Under the pieces are notes generated by a model. That model was not told the origin of the DNA. It saw only the letters and a list, made by a program, of their open reading frames with translations, and ran no database searches. 64,000 bases of DNA from the NCBI GenBank assembly GCA_002409965.1, contig DHON01000112.1, forward strand, positions 555-64,554, written 5' to 3'. This document shows, piece by piece, positions 52,825-63,285 of the stretch (positions within the stretch are counted from its first letter, which is position 1; every line of letters begins with the position of its first letter). Position numbers and translations under genes: made by a program. Origin of the DNA: Firmicutes bacterium UBA5389 (GTDB lineage: Bacteria; Bacillota; DTU025).

Positions 52825-54399
52825 TTATGCATCATCGACGCAATCATCCGCGTTGGCCACCACGACGACCAGATGCTTCGTGGAAGATGTCACCGCTCCT
52901 CGCCCGCTCGCTCTCACGCCCACAACCCACAGTACCTCATCGCCGGAAGCCAGCACCGCCAGGCGCGACCGGTGCGACCGGGGCACCTTCTCGTCCACGA
53001 ACAGATCAGACAGTCTCTTGGCGCCCGCCATCCCAAAAGGAGAGATCCTGTCGCCTGCGCGCCAAGGGCGGACGACCAGCGTATTCAGGTCTATCTGGTC
53101 TGCGTCGAACACTGCCCACTCCCGACCGATGCCGAGAGCATCCACACACAGCCCGCGAAACCCTGAGCCGGCCAGCGCGCAGTTGGCCATGCAGGCCAGT
53201 TCGGCCAGGCTTGAGGGCTCGCCGGCCGGCCCTTCACCTGCGCCTGCGCAGACTGTGATCCCAGCCCACCCCACAGGGCTCACTCCCGGCACAGCGACTT
53301 GAATCTCACGTGGCTCGCAGGACCCGCCCGCGCTGAACAGACCGTCAAGCTCGGCAGACTCGGCCGACTCTACCACTATTGTATCGTACGTGAGGCGGGC
53401 CCGTACGCCTTTGGGCAAGTCTATCGAATTCCCTGCACTCCCGCTACTAGCCAGAGCCGCCATGGCGTCTATGTGAGTCCAGTAGAGATCGCGGCTCCCT
53501 CCCGCCGCTGCCGCGAAAGCCAGCGCGAACGCGCGCGAGGCGACAGGCGCTGCGGCTTGCCGCAGCGTATCCCGGTCGAGTTCGACCCGCCCCTGCCGTG
53601 CGCCAGAATCCACGGTTGCGCCGGCGGTCGCCGCAGCCGCAGCCGCGTCCAGCAGCTCGAGCGCCTGCTTCTCAAGGTATTGCTCATCTTGCGCCGCCAG
53701 GTGCGCAAGCCGGGCCAGTCCAACGCGGATGTGGGAGTTGTAGTCGCGCTCCAGAAGCGGCAGAAGTTCACAGCGCACCCTGTTGCGGAAGTACTGCGTG
53801 TCCGCATTCGTCGGATCAGTGCGCGTTGCCAGCCCCCGCTGCATGCAGTACTCTTCTATCTGCGCGCGCGACACTTCAATGAACGGCCTGATCACCGTGA
53901 CCCCATCGCCCAGCTCGCGCACGGGCGGAATGCCGGCCAATCCGCGCAGGCCGGCGCCGCGAAGTATGCGCATGAGCACCGTTTCGGCCTGGTCGTCGGC
54001 GTGGTGGGCCACCGCCGCCCGGGCAAACCCGCGCTCGACGCAGATTCTGCGGTACAGCCCGTAACGGGCATCGCGCCCTGCGTCTTCCACAGTAACCCCG
54101 AGTTCCCTCGCCAGTCGCGGCACGTCCACCCTCTCCACAGTAAAGGGTATACTCAAAGACTGCGCCAACTCCTCCACGAACAGTGCATCCTCATCGGCGC
54201 CGACCCCGCGTATCATGTGATTCACATGGGCTATATGAAGCTTGAGACTGTACCGTGGAGCAATAGAGTTGAGAAAATGAAGGAGAGATACGGAATCGGG
54301 CCCCCCCGAGACCCCCACCACCACGCCATCGCCAGTATCGATCATGGAATACTTGCGCATCGTCTCCAGAGCGATCCTGGCCAGACTATTGCGGCTCAT
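52825..54399 (-). CDS. tilS: tRNA(Ile)-lysidine synthetase
   Basis: VSGGPDS PP-loop, AHVNH, AHHADDQAET, RNRVR; upstream of ftsH. Confidence 0.95.
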   Translation of the reverse strand: MSRNSLARIALETMRKYSMIDTGDGVVVGVSGGPDSVSLLHFLNSIAPRYSLKLHIAHVNHMIRGVGADEDALFVEELAQSLSIPFTVERVDVPRLARELGVTVEDAGRDARYGLYRRICVERGFARAAVAHHADDQAETVLMRILRGAGLRGLAGIPPVRELGDGVTVIRPFIEVSRAQIEEYCMQRGLATRTDPTNADTQYFRNRVRCELLPLLERDYNSHIRVGLARLAHLAAQDEQYLEKQALELLDAAAAAATAGATVDSGARQGRVELDRDTLRQAAAPVASRAFALAFAAAAGGSRDLYWTHIDAMAALASSGSAGNSIDLPKGVRARLTYDTIVVESAESAELDGLFSAGGSCEPREIQVAVPGVSPVGWAGITVCAGAGEGPAGEPSSLAELACMANCALAGSGFRGLCVDALGIGREWAVFDADQIDLNTLVVRPWRAGDRISPFGMAGAKRLSDLFVDEKVPRSHRSRLAVLASGDEVLWVVGVRASGRGAVTSSTKHLVVVVANADDCVDDA

Positions 54400-57061
54400 C
54401 AACCTCACCCTCCGGGGAAGACGTTTCCACAACACGCGCGTCTATCCCTGCCACGCCTGCCATTCCTGCATCCGCCGTTGCCTTCGCCAACCGGGCCACG
54501 AACACCGTCATATCGTCTCTGGACGGCTTCTGCACACCTCCACCCCGCGTGGGCGTTCCGGCCCTGGCCCAGTTCATCACCGTCTGCGCCACACTCGACG
54601 GGCAGCCGTCCGGGGCCCGCTGGATGACGCGCGCTAGCTCAGCATCGACTTCGGGCAGGTCGCTCTGGCCCTCGGTCACTCCGTCTGTAGCCAGCACGAT
54701 GATGTCGCCCTCTTCGAGGGTATGATGGAAACTCGCAGTACGGGCAGGAATCGACACGCCGGCCGGCGCAGACGGCGCGCCGATGGCCGTTACGCGTGAG
54801 CCGCGCCTGATATAGGCAGGCGGAGCCCCCGCCTTGATCATCTCGGCATCGCCACTGTAGAGATCAACGACCACAACATCCAGCGTGGCGAAGGGGTCGG
54901 AGGCTGGGCGCACCGACATGAGGGCGTTCACAGTCTCCACTGCGAACGCGGCGTCCAGGCCAGTCTGGAGCAGCCTGGCCAAAGCCGACACCGTAGCCTG
55001 GCTCTGGGCCGATGCGACCCGGCCCACGCCCATCCCGTCTGAGATGAGCACTGCGACCCTGCCATCGCCCAGACTGACCACACTGTGATAGTCCCCGCTA
55101 ACATCATTCTCAGTCCTCGGCACCGAGAGCGCCTCCGTCTCCAGCGCATACCGACACGCGGGCAACAGACGCACACTGCACTCGGCCGTTGTCGGCCGCC
55201 GGGGGGCGCAAGAAGAGCGCTGGACATCCCCAACCAACATGGAGCGTCCTACCACTCCGGAAACAGCCGGAGCCATGGTGTGGACGCACTCGCCGGCACA
55301 CTCGCACGCGCGATCGCACTCTGCCCTTACCACCTGCACCTGGAGCCCTCCCCGCCCAGTGTTGGACACGCTCACACACTTGGTCTCGATGCCGGCTCGC
55401 TTGAGGCGCCCGCGGATGGCGCGCTCAGCCTCTTCGTTGGACGCCATCGCCGACTGCGACTCGAACGCCGCGCGGGTTAGGGCGTGGGCGACGCCGGCTG
55501 TCTGCAGCGACAAGATGGCCGCGGCCGCCTCCATCGGCATGGAAAACGAAGCCTCCCTTGTAGGCTGCGCCGCCGGGGCAACCAACAGCGGCCCCACGAC
55601 GCAAGCGGCCGCCCTGGCCAGCGCCTCGCGGCGCGAACACCGGCCCACTAGCCCCCGGGGCAGTCCGGCTGCATCAATCTCACCGAATAGCTCAGCAAGG
55701 GCCAGTGCATCCACGATCTCTCGATAGGTACGGAAGAATAGCTCCTTCCAGCATGAATTGTAGGACGCGCAGCCGGAGCATGCCCGAGCTCTGACAGCCG
55801 CGACTGATGAGGCTATGTCGCGCGGCCGTTCGTCCAGATCCTCCCCGTGGTCAGCCGCAGCCGACTCGCCCGCCGCCGAGTTCACGGTGCCGAACGGCGC
55901 CCCGCCATATGCGAGCGACAGGTCCTGGAAGACTCTCGCAGTCGCAAGCAGCCTCTCGTACACCAGATGGTGCACCCGGGCGCGGCACTCATCCTGACGT
56001 CCCGCGGCATGGGCCTCAAGCGGAAGCCTCCAGGCGATTTCCCCCACCCACCTAGCCGGGGTCGCCATCAGAGCGACCGCAGCCATGGATGCCTCGACGA
56101 GGAACCCAGTCAGTTCGCCGGGCGTGCCGAACTGCCTCCCGAAGAACATCGCCGACAGCAAAATGGCAGGGGCAGCGAGGCCTCTGCTCCGTCTGCCCAC
56201 GATCCCGGATACAGCCCCCGCGGCCGCGGCGGCGCCGACAATGGCCCCCGGCACATCGCCGGCCGCGGACATGGCCAACCCGGCCGCGCCTCCTGCTATG
56301 GCCCCGGCGCCGGGGCCCGCCATGATGCCTGAGACCGCCGACAAGTAGAAAGCCGCAATTGCCCCCAAAGACACACCCGAGAAGGAGATTCGGTCAAGCC
56401 CGGCGCACGCGATCCCAGCGCCGAGAAGCAGCGATGCGACATCCAGTCGCGAAGGCAGGCGCGGATCGCCGCCCCCCGGGCTCCGCCACGCCAGTGCCGC
56501 CGGGACAATGACGGCGGCTGCAGCGCCGGCAAGCGCCGCTTCGGACAGGGCTACTACAGGCAGGTGCACGCCCTGACCTGCGATGATCTGGGCGAGCGCC
56601 GCTCCGGTGCCAGACGCAAGAAACACGCACGTCCCCGCCAACCATCCCGTCCATTTTCGAACGCCTCCCGGAAGCGCCAAAAGAAGAGCAGACGATATGG
56701 ACAGGGCCATCACCGCCACAGGCCCGCCCGCAAATGCACTACCGATGAACGCGCCCGCGATCGCGGGCATGACGCGCGCTGCATCGCTGTTGCATGACGC
56801 CGCGGCGGCCCCGACAGCCACTATCCCAAAAGGAGAATAGGCGCCAAGCAACCTGGCAGTACCGGCCAGGAAGCCTGCGGCGCCTATTGCCATGGGCCCT
56901 AGGGCCCAGAGAAAACGCGAGAGGCGCAGGCCGCGCGAACCACGCGCGCGCTGCGGGATGCGTGGGGCGCGTGGGGCGCGTGGGGTGTGCGCTGCGCTGG
57001 GTCTGCCGCCCGATGGCGGTCTTCGCTGTCTTCGGAATACACCCACGCGGTCGTCTATCAT
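54386..57061 (-). CDS. spoIIE: Stage II sporulation protein E (membrane PP2C phosphatase)
   Basis: Multi-TM N-terminus, CxxC..CW region, SGD, ISDGMG, ATDGV, DDMT; synteny with tilS-ftsH. Confidence 0.85.
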   Translation of the reverse strand: MIDDRVGVFRRQRRPPSGGRPSAAHTPRAPRAPRIPQRARGSRGLRLSRFLWALGPMAIGAAGFLAGTARLLGAYSPFGIVAVGAAAASCNSDAARVMPAIAGAFIGSAFAGGPVAVMALSISSALLLALPGGVRKWTGWLAGTCVFLASGTGAALAQIIAGQGVHLPVVALSEAALAGAAAAVIVPAALAWRSPGGGDPRLPSRLDVASLLLGAGIACAGLDRISFSGVSLGAIAAFYLSAVSGIMAGPGAGAIAGGAAGLAMSAAGDVPGAIVGAAAAAGAVSGIVGRRSRGLAAPAILLSAMFFGRQFGTPGELTGFLVEASMAAVALMATPARWVGEIAWRLPLEAHAAGRQDECRARVHHLVYERLLATARVFQDLSLAYGGAPFGTVNSAAGESAAADHGEDLDERPRDIASSVAAVRARACSGCASYNSCWKELFFRTYREIVDALALAELFGEIDAAGLPRGLVGRCSRREALARAAACVVGPLLVAPAAQPTREASFSMPMEAAAAILSLQTAGVAHALTRAAFESQSAMASNEEAERAIRGRLKRAGIETKCVSVSNTGRGGLQVQVVRAECDRACECAGECVHTMAPAVSGVVGRSMLVGDVQRSSCAPRRPTTAECSVRLLPACRYALETEALSVPRTENDVSGDYHSVVSLGDGRVAVLISDGMGVGRVASAQSQATVSALARLLQTGLDAAFAVETVNALMSVRPASDPFATLDVVVVDLYSGDAEMIKAGAPPAYIRRGSRVTAIGAPSAPAGVSIPARTASFHHTLEEGDIIVLATDGVTEGQSDLPEVDAELARVIQRAPDGCPSSVAQTVMNWARAGTPTRGGGVQKPSRDDMTVFVARLAKATADAGMAGVAGIDARVVETSSPEGEVDEPQ

Positions 57062-57206
57062 CCGTGCCACCCTCCGGTGTATGTAGGCGCCGCCCCCCGC
57101 CGGCAGCATTCCTCACACACACTGCGTTGATGCCTCGGATGATTCTAACACGCAAGCAGCGTGAAACATGTAGATTGGTCTAGGGGCGGCCCATGAAAAG
57201 ACGACA

Positions 57207-58580
57207 TCAAATGTGTACTGCTCGCCCCATAACCGCCTCCGCCGCCTCCGCCGTGGATTCGGCCAGAGTAGGATGGGCGTGAATGGTGTGCTCGATGTCT
57301 TCCAGTTTGAGGCGGCGCGACACGGCCAAGGCAATCTCAGCAATGAGATCGGACGCGTGCGCGCCAACAACCTGACCCCCGATCACCCGACCGGCGCTGT
57401 CGACGATGATCTTGACGAATCCCTCCGGCGCGCCCATAGCCATCGCCTTGCCTGATGCCAGGAAGGGGAACTTGCCCACTCTGTGGTCGATGCCCGACTC
57501 GAGCGCGCTCCGCTCCGACACGCCCACCACGGCAATCTCCGGGTTCGTGAATATGCAGTTCGGGACGGCGTAATACTCCATGCTGCGGTTCTGGCCAGCC
57601 GCGTTGGCTGCCACTGCAAGGCCTTGTGCAGAAGCAACGTGAGCCAGTTGCGACTTGCCGGTGACATCGCCGATCGCCCAGATCCCTGCCACGTTAGTCC
57701 GCATGCGCGAATCCACGACGATCTCTCCGGAATTGCCGGTCTCGACGCCTACATCGGAAGCGCCGACTCCGCCTGTAGTCGAGCGACGCCCCACCGACAG
57801 CACGCCCTTCTCGGCCGCTAGCGTCTTTCCGTTCTCGCAAGCCGCTTCAACTCGGCCGTCCGCGACCTTCACTTCAGTTATCTTCGTCCCGGTGTGTATC
57901 CTAATACCTCGTTTCGCGAAGGCCGTGCGCACCACAGCAGCCACATCGTCATCGACCATAGGCAGTATGCTGGGCATTATGTCGACCAGAGTGACCTCAC
58001 AGCCGAACGCGCGAAAGATACTGGCGAATTCGCATCCGATCACCCCGGCCCCCACGATCAGCATGCTCTCCGGCAGTTCCTTCAGCTTCAGGACATCCTC
58101 GCTGGTAAGCATGTTGACTCCATCATACCCGAACATCCTCGGGGCAATGGGCTCAGACCCTGTGGCGATCACAATGGTGCGTGCTTCCAGCCGCGTGGTC
58201 GACCCGTCCAAGGCCGTCGCCTCAACCGCGCGCGTGCCGGCCAGCGTGCCAACGCCGCTCAATACGTCGATCTTGCGTCTCTTAAGCAACAAGCCGATGC
58301 CGCCGCGAAGCCTCGCAACCACCCTGTCTTTCCTAGCCATCACACGGGCGAAATCCACCCGCGCTTCTGGGATGACGAGCCCCAGATCCGCGCCGCGGCT
58401 CACCGCATCCATGACATCCGCTGTGTGGGCAAGAGCCTTCGTGGGTATGCAACCTCGATTGAGGCACGTGCCTCCGAGCTGACCTTTCTCTACGAGCGCC
58501 ACCGACAGGCCGTTCTGGGCGGCTCTGATGGCGCATACGTAACCCCCTGGACCTCCGCCGATTATCACGATATCGTGCAT
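57207..58580 (-). CDS. lpdA: Dihydrolipoyl dehydrogenase (probable GCS L protein)
   Basis: GGGPGG, GGTCLNRGCIPTK, GAGVIG, HAHPTLAE; divergent from gcvT. Confidence 0.95.
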   Translation of the reverse strand: MHDIVIIGGGPGGYVCAIRAAQNGLSVALVEKGQLGGTCLNRGCIPTKALAHTADVMDAVSRGADLGLVIPEARVDFARVMARKDRVVARLRGGIGLLLKRRKIDVLSGVGTLAGTRAVEATALDGSTTRLEARTIVIATGSEPIAPRMFGYDGVNMLTSEDVLKLKELPESMLIVGAGVIGCEFASIFRAFGCEVTLVDIMPSILPMVDDDVAAVVRTAFAKRGIRIHTGTKITEVKVADGRVEAACENGKTLAAEKGVLSVGRRSTTGGVGASDVGVETGNSGEIVVDSRMRTNVAGIWAIGDVTGKSQLAHVASAQGLAVAANAAGQNRSMEYYAVPNCIFTNPEIAVVGVSERSALESGIDHRVGKFPFLASGKAMAMGAPEGFVKIIVDSAGRVIGGQVVGAHASDLIAEIALAVSRRLKLEDIEHTIHAHPTLAESTAEAAEAVMGRAVHI

Positions 58581-58716
58581 AGTCTTGATCCTCCTAGTTA
58601 CTGGCCGCTGATGACAGTCGCAAGCCTGCCGTTGTATTCGTCCCTTAGGGTGCCCGTTCCTCCCGCTCTGCGGCTCAACCGCCCCGAGCTGCCGCTCGGC
58701 CGGTCGGCGAAGAGGA

Positions 58717-58743
58717 GAAGGACTTTGCATAGGCACAATGAAT
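58717..58743 (+). promoter_or_regulatory. Sigma-H-like promoter of the gcv operon
   Basis: GAAGGA-17 bp-GAAT. Confidence 0.5.
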
Positions 58744-58787
58744 TAGAAGTAGGCAGCATGTTGTCAGCGAAAAAAGGAGGTGGCGTG

Positions 58788-59897
58788 ATGTCGGAACTCC
58801 GCAAGACCCCACTATATGAAGCGCACGTGAAAGCAGGAGGGCGGATAGTGGACTTCGGCGGCTGGGCTCTTCCCGTGCAGTATTCCGGCATTCTCGAGGA
58901 ACACCGGGCGGTGAGGGAGAAGGCAGGGCTGTTTGACGTGTCGCACATGGGCGAGGTTCACCTGACCGGACCGGACGCCCTGCCGTTCATCCAGCGCCTG
59001 GTGACCAATGACTGTTCGAAGATGCAGGTGCGGCAGATCGTCTACAGCCCCATGTGCTACCCTGACGGCGGCGTGGTCGACGACATACTAATCTACCGAG
59101 TATGCGAGAATGACTACTGGTTGGTAGTTAATGCCTCCAACACAGGCAAGGACTACGACTGGATCTTGCGCAATATCTCAGGATATGATGCGACAGTCAA
59201 GAATATCTCTTCGCAGGTGGCGCAGATAGCGATACAGGGCCCGGCAGCGCAGACCATACTGCAGAGGAACGCCGCGGACGACCTGGACTCGATCAAGTTC
59301 TTCTGGTGCCTTCCCGCGGCGACGATAGCCGGGCGGAAGTGCCTAGTATCGCGCACTGGATACACAGGTGAAGACGGTTTTGAGATCTACTGCAAGCCCG
59401 AAGACGCCCGCCATATCTGGGATACTCTCCTGGAGTCGGGCAAGGCCGACGGGCTGATCCCCGCGGGCCTGGGCGCCCGCGACTCACTCCGCTTTGAGGC
59501 GGCTCTGCCCCTGTACGGGCATGAGATCTCGCAGTCCATTTCGCCTCTCCAGGGCAATCTGGGCTTCTTCGTGAAACTCGACAAACCCGATTTCATCGGG
59601 CGCGAGGCGCTCACGGCCGCAAAGCAGCAGGGGCTGGCCTCCCGGGTGGTCGGCCTGGAGCTTGCCGGCCGCGGCGTGCCGCGCGAGGGCTACCCTGTGC
59701 TGGCCGCAGGCCAGGAGATCGGTCGGGTCACGTCCGGAATGTTCTCGCCAACGTTTGGTCGGGGCCTCGCAATGGCCCTGGTATCCACAGAATATGCCAA
59801 GGCTGGAACGGAGCTCGCCATCGATATCCGGGGCAAAGCCGTGCCGGTCCGAGTGGTCAAAACTCCATTCTACAAAAAGGCTTACAGGAAGGGGTAG
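58788..59897 (+). CDS. gcvT: Glycine cleavage system aminomethyltransferase T
   Basis: KTPLY, FDVSHMG, SRTGYTGEDGFE, GLGARDSLRFEA; ATG after AAGGAGG. Confidence 0.97.
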   Translation: MSELRKTPLYEAHVKAGGRIVDFGGWALPVQYSGILEEHRAVREKAGLFDVSHMGEVHLTGPDALPFIQRLVTNDCSKMQVRQIVYSPMCYPDGGVVDDILIYRVCENDYWLVVNASNTGKDYDWILRNISGYDATVKNISSQVAQIAIQGPAAQTILQRNAADDLDSIKFFWCLPAATIAGRKCLVSRTGYTGEDGFEIYCKPEDARHIWDTLLESGKADGLIPAGLGARDSLRFEAALPLYGHEISQSISPLQGNLGFFVKLDKPDFIGREALTAAKQQGLASRVVGLELAGRGVPREGYPVLAAGQEIGRVTSGMFSPTFGRGLAMALVSTEYAKAGTELAIDIRGKAVPVRVVKTPFYKKAYRKG

Positions 59898-59904
59898 ATC
59901 GGAA

Positions 59905-60285
59905 ATGTCTTCAGTGAAGTACACTCGCGAGCACGAATGGGTCAAGGTCGAAGAGAACATAGCCACCATCGGCATCACCGACTTCGCCGTGCAGGAACTG
60001 GGGGACCTGGTGTACGTGGAACTACCTGCGCCGGGCGAAAAGATCCGGGCTGGCGAAAGACTCGCAGCGGTGGAATCGGTGAAGGCCGCGTCGGACGTGT
60101 TCGCCCCTGTGTCAGGCGAGGTCGTAGAGGCCAACGAGGCGCTCGAGGACGAGGCCGGTCTTCTGAATGAGAGCCCTATGGGCGAAGGGTGGATCGCCCG
60201 ATTGGAAATGAGCGACCCTTCCGAGTTGGACGCCCTCATGGACCGCGCCCAGTATGACGAGTTCGTGAAGGAGGCCGGCCACTGA
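59905..60285 (+). CDS. gcvH: Glycine cleavage system H protein
   Basis: YTREHEW, GITDFA, VESVKAASD lipoyl-Lys motif. Confidence 0.96.
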   Translation: MSSVKYTREHEWVKVEENIATIGITDFAVQELGDLVYVELPAPGEKIRAGERLAAVESVKAASDVFAPVSGEVVEANEALEDEAGLLNESPMGEGWIARLEMSDPSELDALMDRAQYDEFVKEAGH

Positions 60286-61643
60286 TGGGCTCGCCGCACA
60301 GGTTCATCCCCAATACTGAGGCCGATGTGCAGGCGATGCTCGAGGTGGTGGGCGCAAGCCGCATCGACGACCTCTTCGCCGACATTCCACAGGAGTTCCG
60401 TCTGACGCGCCCGCTGGCCATGCCGGCGGCGCTCACTGAACCCGAACTCATGTCGGAGCTATCGCGTCTTTCGTCGAAGTGCGCCAACGCCGACGAGTGC
60501 GCGTGCTACCTCGGGGCCGGGATCTACGACCACTACATTCCAAGCGTGATCGATCACATGATCAGCCGCGGCGAGTTCTACACCGCCTATACCCCCTATC
60601 AAGCTGAGGTGAGCCAGGGCACACTGCAGGCGATCTTCGAGTATCAGACCATGATCTCGGAGCTGACCGGCATGGAGGTATCCAACGCGTCCATGTACGA
60701 CGCTGGCACCGGCACGGCCGAGGCGGCCATCATGGCATGCGCCTCCACCAGACGCAGCAAGGTGCTGGTATCGAAGGCAGTCAACCCCAGGTACCGGCAG
60801 GTTCTGCAGACCTACGCCGCCCCGCGCGGCATAGACGTGACGGAAGTCGACTTCTGCAAAAGTCGCGGCGTCACCCCGGTTTCGCAAGTGCCGGCTTCCC
60901 TCGCTGAAGACGCTGCTTGCCTCATAGTCCAGTCGCCCAACTATTTCGGCATCGTGGAGGAGATGGACCAGCTGGGCGAGGCTGTTCACGCGGGAGGCGG
61001 ACTTCTTGTGGCGGTGGTAAACCCGATCTCGCTGGGCATTCTGGCTCCTCCGGGGTCCTACGGCGCCGACATCGCCGTGGGAGAGGGGCAGCCCATGGGG
61101 ATATCCATGAGCTTCGGCGGACCGCTCTTGGGGTTCTTCGCAACCACAAGCAAACTGATGCGCAAGATGCCGGGGCGGCTGGTTGGACAGACAGTGGACG
61201 ATGCCGGGCGGCGCGGGTTCGCGCTCACACTTCAGGCGCGCGAACAGCATATCCGGCGCGAGAGCGCCACCAGCAATATCTGCTCCAACGAGGCCCTGTG
61301 CGCGCTGGCTTCCACGATATACATGAGCTTGATGGGGCCGGCAGGCATGCGGAAGGTAGCGGAAATCTGCACATACAGAGCCCACTACCTGCGGGATCGG
61401 ATGGAGTCCATCGCCGGATTCCAGATCCCGCTCTCCGGGCCGTTCTTCAACGAGTTCGTTGTGCGCTCTTCAATGCCATGCGATGACATGAACGAGGAGC
61501 TCCTGGCAGCCGGGATAATCGGCGGCAAGACCATCGAGCCCGAGTACCCGGAGCTTTCAGGGTGCACGCTGTGGGCGGTTACCGAGAAGCGCACTCGGGA
61601 ACAGCTCGACACACTCATTCGGGAACTGGAGGTGCTAGCATGA
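60285..61643 (+). CDS. gcvPA: Glycine dehydrogenase subunit 1
   Basis: [37 protein letters not shown]. Confidence 0.96.
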   Translation: MGSPHRFIPNTEADVQAMLEVVGASRIDDLFADIPQEFRLTRPLAMPAALTEPELMSELSRLSSKCANADECACYLGAGIYDHYIPSVIDHMISRGEFYTAYTPYQAEVSQGTLQAIFEYQTMISELTGMEVSNASMYDAGTGTAEAAIMACASTRRSKVLVSKAVNPRYRQVLQTYAAPRGIDVTEVDFCKSRGVTPVSQVPASLAEDAACLIVQSPNYFGIVEEMDQLGEAVHAGGGLLVAVVNPISLGILAPPGSYGADIAVGEGQPMGISMSFGGPLLGFFATTSKLMRKMPGRLVGQTVDDAGRRGFALTLQAREQHIRRESATSNICSNEALCALASTIYMSLMGPAGMRKVAEICTYRAHYLRDRMESIAGFQIPLSGPFFNEFVVRSSMPCDDMNEELLAAGIIGGKTIEPEYPELSGCTLWAVTEKRTREQLDTLIRELEVLA

Positions 61644-63106
61644 GAGGCCCGCAGCCGCTTATCTTCGAACTGTCGTCGCCAGGGCGGACCGCCATCAGCC
61701 TTCCGGCCCCGGAGGTGCCCACTCCAGATCTGGCTTCGTTCCTCCCCAAGCAGGTGCTCAGGCACGAGCCTTTGGGACTGCCCGAAGTGAGCGAGGTCGA
61801 CGTAGTTAGGCATTTCGTCAACCTGTCGCAGCTCAACCACTCTGTAGACACCGGGTTCTACCCGCTGGGTTCGTGCACCATGAAGTACAATCCCAAGGTG
61901 AACGAGGACGCCGCGCGCATGCCGGGATTCGCGCTGATCCACCCGGACCAGGACGAGGCGACTGTGCAAGGGGCCATGGAGCTCCTTCACTCCATGGACA
62001 ACTACCTCTCCGAGCTGTGCGGGATGAGTCGTTTCACCTTCCAGCCTGCAGCCGGAGCCCACGGAGAGATCACCGGTCTGTTCATAATCCGAGCATACCA
62101 CGGATCAAGGGGTGAACACCGCACACGCGTGCTCGTGCCCGACTCGGCTCATGGCACCAACCCTGCCAGCGCCGCTAGCGCCGGAATGGAGATCGTAGTA
62201 GTCAAGTCGGACGAGCGAGGCAACGTAGACGTGGACGACCTTCGGTCGAAGGTCGGGCCGGAGACGGCGGCCCTTATGCTCACCAACCCCAACACCCTGG
62301 GCCTGTTCGAGGAGAATGTACGCGAAATCGCAGCGCTGGTCCACGGGTGCGGCGCGCTGCTCTACTACGACGGCGCCAACGCCAACGCGATAATGGGCAA
62401 ATCGCGCCCGGGCGACATGGGCTTCGATGTCGTGCACCTCAACGTGCACAAGACCCTGTCCACACCGCACGGAGGCGGAGGCCCCGGGGCCGGCCCGGTA
62501 GGGGTCAAGGCATTCCTCGAGCCGTTCCTGCCGGCGCCCCTGGTTAAGTTGGAGGAAGAAACAGGGATGTACGTGTGGGACTACGATAGGCCCCAGTCCA
62601 TCGGACGGGTCCACTCGTTCAACGGCAACTTCGGCGTAGTGGTCAAGGCCTGGGCCTACATCCGGTCCATGGGGCCCAACGGCCTCAGAGCCGCAAGTGA
62701 ACACGCAGTCCTTGCCGCCAACTACATCATGCGGAAGCTCCAGCCCTACTATGATCTCCCGTACGACCGTGACTGCAAGCACGAGTGCGTGCTGGCCGGC
62801 ACGCGGCAGAAGCGGGAACACGGAGTGCGCACGCTGGACATCGCCAAGCGCCTGCTGGACTTCGGGTTCCACGCTCCGACGATCTACTTCCCGCTCATCG
62901 TGGACGAGGCGTTCATGATCGAGCCCACTGAGACCGAGAGCCGGGAGACGCTGGACGAGTTCATCGACGCGATGATCCGGATCGCAAAGGAAGCCGAAAC
63001 CCATCCTGAGGTGCTACACGATGCACCGCATCATACGCCCGTCGGTCGGCTGGACGAAACCCAGGCCGCTAGGAAGCCGATCCTGCGCTACACCCGAGAA
63101 TCGTAG
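61640..63106 (+). CDS. gcvPB: Glycine dehydrogenase subunit 2
   Basis: [51 protein letters not shown]. Confidence 0.96.
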   Translation: MRGPQPLIFELSSPGRTAISLPAPEVPTPDLASFLPKQVLRHEPLGLPEVSEVDVVRHFVNLSQLNHSVDTGFYPLGSCTMKYNPKVNEDAARMPGFALIHPDQDEATVQGAMELLHSMDNYLSELCGMSRFTFQPAAGAHGEITGLFIIRAYHGSRGEHRTRVLVPDSAHGTNPASAASAGMEIVVVKSDERGNVDVDDLRSKVGPETAALMLTNPNTLGLFEENVREIAALVHGCGALLYYDGANANAIMGKSRPGDMGFDVVHLNVHKTLSTPHGGGGPGAGPVGVKAFLEPFLPAPLVKLEEETGMYVWDYDRPQSIGRVHSFNGNFGVVVKAWAYIRSMGPNGLRAASEHAVLAANYIMRKLQPYYDLPYDRDCKHECVLAGTRQKREHGVRTLDIAKRLLDFGFHAPTIYFPLIVDEAFMIEPTETESRETLDEFIDAMIRIAKEAETHPEVLHDAPHHTPVGRLDETQAARKPILRYTRES

Positions 63107-63285
63107 GGAACAGCGCGCAATCGCGAGGGATCGCAAGCCGCAGGGTCCGCCGGCAACGTGCACCAAAGGCGACAGCCGGTCAACTAGTGGAGAACCGTTG
63201 ACACCTCGCTGCCGAGGAGTCAGCGGTTCTCTCAGCATCAGTCTGAGAATCAGTCCAGGTATTGGCCCAGAGGAGCGGACATGAC

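Noticed and set aside
57110..57206. Spo0A boxes upstream of spoIIE
   Set aside because: A TAGAAT -10 is present but only poor matches to TGNCGAA; not supportable
57894..58787. Apparent N-terminal extension of GcvT
   Set aside because: It overlaps lpdA on the opposite strand; the real start at 58788 has a strong RBS
58581..58787. Expected glycine riboswitch upstream of gcvT
   Set aside because: No GGAGA..CCGAAG..CTCTCAGG pattern, and little room between the putative promoter and the RBS
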